Of a stretch of DNA of 18,548 bases, positions 15,490-18,548 are shown one piece after another. The stretch is taken from assembly GCA_036339875.1 (NCBI GenBank), contig JAYZAC010000135.1, positions 1 to 18,548 of the forward strand, written 5' to 3'. A program made the position numbers and the translations under genes. The first letter of the stretch is position 1, and each line of letters opens with the position of its first letter. The notes beneath the pieces are model-generated. The model was not told where the DNA came from, did no database searches, and worked only from the letters and a program-made list of their open reading frames with translations. Origin of the DNA: a bacterium. GTDB lineage: Bacteria > Muiribacteriota > UBA6191.

Positions 15490-16659
15490 ATGCTAAGACA
15501 TTATTCTTGCTTAATCATCTGTCTTTTGCTTGGAATAGTGAATTCTGATGCAGATCGAGCAAAGCAAAAAATTGCTGTAATTGTAGGAAACTCGCAGAGC
15601 CTAAATTCACAGGCTCTGCTCAAAGGCCTCAAAAGTAAACGTTTTAAGTACAAATTATATTCCCTTAAGGAACTTAAATCCTTACCTTTTCAGGAGATAT
15701 TCGATCAATTCATAGACAGTTCAGTCGTCAGACTCATTGATCAAAAAGACCCCCAGTCATACATGACAATTGAAGAGTCACATTTTTGGGCAGAATTCTT
15801 GAGTAATCGGGGTAGTTTGACTTTGTTTGCTGATACTCTGTCTAAAGATGAACAGGTTTATGAAACTGATCTGCCTGATTATGTTGGATTTAAATCCAAT
15901 CGATTGGATGCGCAAGTAGAGAACCTTCTTGGCAGCGATAAAGATCTAATTTCTAAAGGACAAGTGCTGCATGTCGACGGCACGAAGAAACGAGATCAAA
16001 TTATACCTCGAACTGGGTCCGGAATTGATATTGTTTATAAGAGCCAAGATGGCATTGTATTTGGTATCAAGCAACAGACTTGTAATTTTAGAATGAGTTA
16101 TTTTACTTTTTTACCAGGTGAAATAAAAGATACCAAGAACCGTCATAAATTCATTGAGAGAGTTATAGATTGGAATTTAGGTTACTCTCTTGGCGTTGGA
16201 ATGCAAGCCCCCGACTTCAATATATTGCTCCCTGATGGTACCCCTACTGGAATTTATAACGAATACAATAAACTTAACTCAATCGTCATAGTTGAATTTA
16301 TGGCAACTTGGTGTTCTAGCTGTAAAAAACAACTTCCTACAATGGTTTCTCTTAAAAAAGAGTTCCAAGGAGCTGATGTAAGTTTCATATTTGTCAGTTA
16401 TAAAGAAAATATTGATACCGTTCAAAACTACCTTAAATCGCATCCAGAAATTACATGGCCCGTAGCAATTACACCAGATGGTCTAGGAGCTTTAAGATAC
16501 GGGATAAAAGCACTACCAGGAATATTTATCTTAGACTCAAATCGTAAAGTTCGCTTTATTAACAAGCGACTTACCGATTTACAAACACTTAAGAAAAATA
16601 TTTCAATCCTTTTGCAAGATAGATATTTCAAATTACTACATGAATCTGGAGACAAATAA
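15490..16659 (+). CDS. Exported TlpA/ResA-like thiol-disulfide oxidoreductase with an unassigned ~230-aa N-terminal domain
   Basis: C-terminal G.QAPDF, IVEFMATWCSSCKKQLP (CxxC at 16312-16323) and YGIKALPGIFILD (cis-Pro loop). Signal-like N-terminus. Starts 2 nt after the upstream stop. Confidence 0.85.
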   Translation: MLRHYSCLIICLLLGIVNSDADRAKQKIAVIVGNSQSLNSQALLKGLKSKRFKYKLYSLKELKSLPFQEIFDQFIDSSVVRLIDQKDPQSYMTIEESHFWAEFLSNRGSLTLFADTLSKDEQVYETDLPDYVGFKSNRLDAQVENLLGSDKDLISKGQVLHVDGTKKRDQIIPRTGSGIDIVYKSQDGIVFGIKQQTCNFRMSYFTFLPGEIKDTKNRHKFIERVIDWNLGYSLGVGMQAPDFNILLPDGTPTGIYNEYNKLNSIVIVEFMATWCSSCKKQLPTMVSLKKEFQGADVSFIFVSYKENIDTVQNYLKSHPEITWPVAITPDGLGALRYGIKALPGIFILDSNRKVRFINKRLTDLQTLKKNISILLQDRYFKLLHESGDK

Positions 16660-16674
16660 ATACATAACTACTTT

Positions 16675-16709
16675 AAAAAAAACAGAGACCTCAGCAAACC
16701 GAGGTCTCT
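16675..16709 (-). terminator. Rho-independent terminator oriented for a minus-strand transcript (may also serve the plus strand)
   Basis: Perfect 9-bp stem AGAGACCTC (16684-16692) / GAGGTCTCT (16701-16709). On the minus strand it is followed by G and a run of 8 T (16682-16675). Confidence 0.85.
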
Positions 16710-16788
16710 CGTTCTAGTAGTCTAGTCCGCTGATTAAAGAATATCGCGCACAAACATCTCCTTGATAACAAAGACTGAAAACAATAGT
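16675..16788 (-). ncRNA. Candidate ~110-nt small RNA or micro-ORF transcript
   Basis: Bounded by a candidate promoter (16821-16794) and the terminator. Contains AAGGAG followed 6 nt later by GTG-CGC-GAT-ATT-CTT-TAA. No RNA family recognised. Confidence 0.4.
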
Positions 16789-16821
16789 GCCCTATTGTAT
16801 TCATCCCAACGGATACTTCAA
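16781..16821 (-). promoter_or_regulatory. Candidate sigma70 promoter TTGAAG-N16-TACAAT with overlapping palindrome ACAATAG-N4-CTATTGT
   Basis: -35 at 16821-16816 and -10 at 16799-16794. The inverted repeat at 16781-16787 / 16792-16798 covers the -10 and expected +1. A/T tracts lie upstream at 16836-16870. Confidence 0.5.
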
Positions 16822-16976
16822 GTAAACTAATGTGCTTTTTTCTGAAAAAAACTTTTTTTTTTAGAAAAAGAATTCCAAAACTATAATAATTTTTGCAAAA
16901 ACTGATCTAGATAAGGGACTAAACAGTACTTTTATAAGTTATTCATTAAAATTCAGTGCAACCTAAAATCAGACTC

Positions 16977-18317
16977 TCAAATTAATTTCTGTAGCCAAAC
17001 TTTCTGATTAAAACGCCACCAAATTAAGAGTGTTTTTACGATCCATTCAGAAGATAGAATAAAGAAAACCGCCAAAGGACCCCAGTGCCAACTCAGCGCA
17101 GCAATTAAAGCTAAAGGTACAGAGAATAAATACATCCCTCCTAATTCAACTAGCGCCGCGGGTAAATAATCTCCACCACTACGTAAAGCACCTACCATTA
17201 AGATCATTCCTATCATTTTAACTGGGAAAATTACACCATGAATCCAAAACATACTCCAATACAGCTCTTTTTGATATAAATCAAAAGGATAGAATAATAA
17301 AATTAAGGGACTAATTATGGCTAATCCAGCAATTATTAAAAAAGAGTACTTAAGGCAAATTCGCATCATCACCTGACTATGAAGCCAAGCTCTATTGAAT
17401 TTTAACCGCCCAAGGTCTCTACCAATTATAATTCCCGCAGACCAGGTGAAACCCATGCAAAATGCATCGGCCATACAATCCATCAAATACATTACATTGT
17501 AAACAGCTAAAATATCCGTACCCATTTCACTAAAAGCTCTACTATATGCTAATACGGCTATGGCCCAAAAAATATCTTGAAAGAGCAATATGCCACTAAA
17601 TTTTAGAACTTTTACCCATAAATCATTGTCAAAAGTAAATAACCATCGCCACCTAAAATTTACCTCAGAGGCTTTTGTAAGAAATAACCAGAATAAAATT
17701 ATGACAGAAAGTATTCTAGTTAAGCTCGTAGCTAATCCTGCTCCAAATTCACCTAGTACAGGAAATCCAAAGAGTCCAAATATTAAAATGAAATTGAGTA
17801 AAATATTGACTGCTGTGGCTACAATTTTTAATCTAAACTCTTCTGATGTAAGTCCATAACTTCGTAAAGCTGACTCAAGTACAATAATACATGCCAAGAA
17901 AGGTAAACCAGGTCCTAAACCCTCAGCATATATAGTAGAAACTTCAACTACTGCGGATTCTACATTCCATAACACTAGAAATATATCTAACCCTTTTATA
18001 AATAATATGCAGAGTAATATGCCTGCCATGAAGCTTACAGTTAAGGCAGAGCCAGTTAATTTACCCAAAGCTTCTAACTTACTATCACCATGAAGTTGAG
18101 TCATTAGTGAAAATACACCAAAACCCAAGGCTATAAAGAACATGAAAAATACGAAGAAATAAGCATTAACCAAACCTACTGACGCTACTGAAACAGTACC
18201 TATCTGCGCTACCATCATCAGGTCTATTTGCTGCATTAAAATATGAAGCAAACTCTGCCCAACTAAGGGCCAACTCAGACTTAAGTACTCCTTTTCAAAG
18301 TTCTTCATTTGTAACAA
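16977..18317 (-). CDS. MATE family efflux transporter
   Basis: 446 aa with about 12 TM segments in two homologous halves. Motifs LSWPL...QQIDLMMVAQIG, VNILLNFILIFGLFGFPVLGEFGAGLATSL and GALRSGGD. Alternative start at ATG 18308. Confidence 0.93.
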   Translation of the reverse strand: MLQMKNFEKEYLSLSWPLVGQSLLHILMQQIDLMMVAQIGTVSVASVGLVNAYFFVFFMFFIALGFGVFSLMTQLHGDSKLEALGKLTGSALTVSFMAGILLCILFIKGLDIFLVLWNVESAVVEVSTIYAEGLGPGLPFLACIIVLESALRSYGLTSEEFRLKIVATAVNILLNFILIFGLFGFPVLGEFGAGLATSLTRILSVIILFWLFLTKASEVNFRWRWLFTFDNDLWVKVLKFSGILLFQDIFWAIAVLAYSRAFSEMGTDILAVYNVMYLMDCMADAFCMGFTWSAGIIIGRDLGRLKFNRAWLHSQVMMRICLKYSFLIIAGLAIISPLILLFYPFDLYQKELYWSMFWIHGVIFPVKMIGMILMVGALRSGGDYLPAALVELGGMYLFSVPLALIAALSWHWGPLAVFFILSSEWIVKTLLIWWRFNQKVWLQKLI

Positions 18318-18330
18318 CTTACCCTAAACC

Positions 18331-18358
18331 TTGCATAATTAGCGCTTTTAGATACAAT
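18331..18358 (+). promoter_or_regulatory. Candidate sigma70 promoter (TTGCAT-N16-TACAAT)
   Basis: -35 at 18331-18336 and -10 at 18353-18358, upstream of GGAGG and ATG 18385. Confidence 0.5.
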
Positions 18359-18384
18359 GAGATCCCATTTTTTTGGAGGTACTA

Positions 18385-18548
18385 ATGGCAAAGATGGGTC
18401 GAATCGTAACCTTACGCTTGGGAAAAATAGACAAAAAAGCTATGCAACGTTTTTTGGATGATTCTCTTAAGGGTTTAACTGCAGAAAAAGAAAAAGCAAA
18501 TCCAAAAGAGTTTGAAATCGCTCGAAAGACTCTTCGTACTCTTCAAAA
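18385..18548 (+). CDS. Hypothetical protein, N-terminal part; runs off the window
   Basis: GGAGG RBS at 18375-18379 and ATG at 18385. Open to the edge: MAKMGRIVTLRLGKIDKKAMQRFLDDSLKGLTAEKEKANPKEFEIARKTLRTLQ. Confidence 0.75.
   Translation, partial: MAKMGRIVTLRLGKIDKKAMQRFLDDSLKGLTAEKEKANPKEFEIARKTLRTLQ

Noticed and set aside
15210..15548. His/Arg-rich antisense ORF and other alternative frames over the 75-nt repeat
   Set aside because: They are by-products of GAT/GAC/GGC codon runs. The RBS, signal peptide and synonymous variation support the 15119 frame.
16691..16753. TTG-started Met-Cys peptide (MCAIFFNQRTRLLERETSVC) as a substrate for the PCO/ADO-like enzyme
   Set aside because: Weak start codon only 4 nt from the SD, the stop lies inside the terminator hairpin, and it is 14 kb from the enzyme; likely chance.
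16428..17859. ORFs 16428..16655 (-) and 17590..17859 (+)
   Set aside because: Antisense shadows of the TlpA-like and MATE genes.

Overview
AT-rich bacterial chromosomal window. It holds three well-supported genes: the fused isobutyryl-CoA mutase icmF, the prolyl-tRNA synthetase proS and a MATE transporter. It also holds the N-terminal part of a probable alpha-2-macroglobulin-family gene that runs off the left edge and is absent from the ORF track. The unusual content is: (1) a cupin thiol dioxygenase carrying the motifs of the mostly eukaryotic PCO/ADO family rather than of bacterial CDO/MDO; (2) tandem paralogous 4-TM holin-like genes; (3) a signal-peptide protein with a divergent Hsp20-like C-terminus; (4) a 1628-aa basic secreted protein with about 26 tandem 22-aa repeats, three longer repeats and a glycine-zipper C-terminus; (5) a hidden frameshifted spsF-like cytidylyltransferase pseudogene in an apparent intergenic gap; (6) a small secreted Cys/Asp/Gly repeat protein coupled to a TlpA-like oxidoreductase; and (7) a candidate sRNA or micro-ORF unit with its own promoter, palindrome and terminator. 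No rRNA, tRNA, CRISPR array or IS element was seen. All family calls come from motif recognition by eye; no database searches were run.
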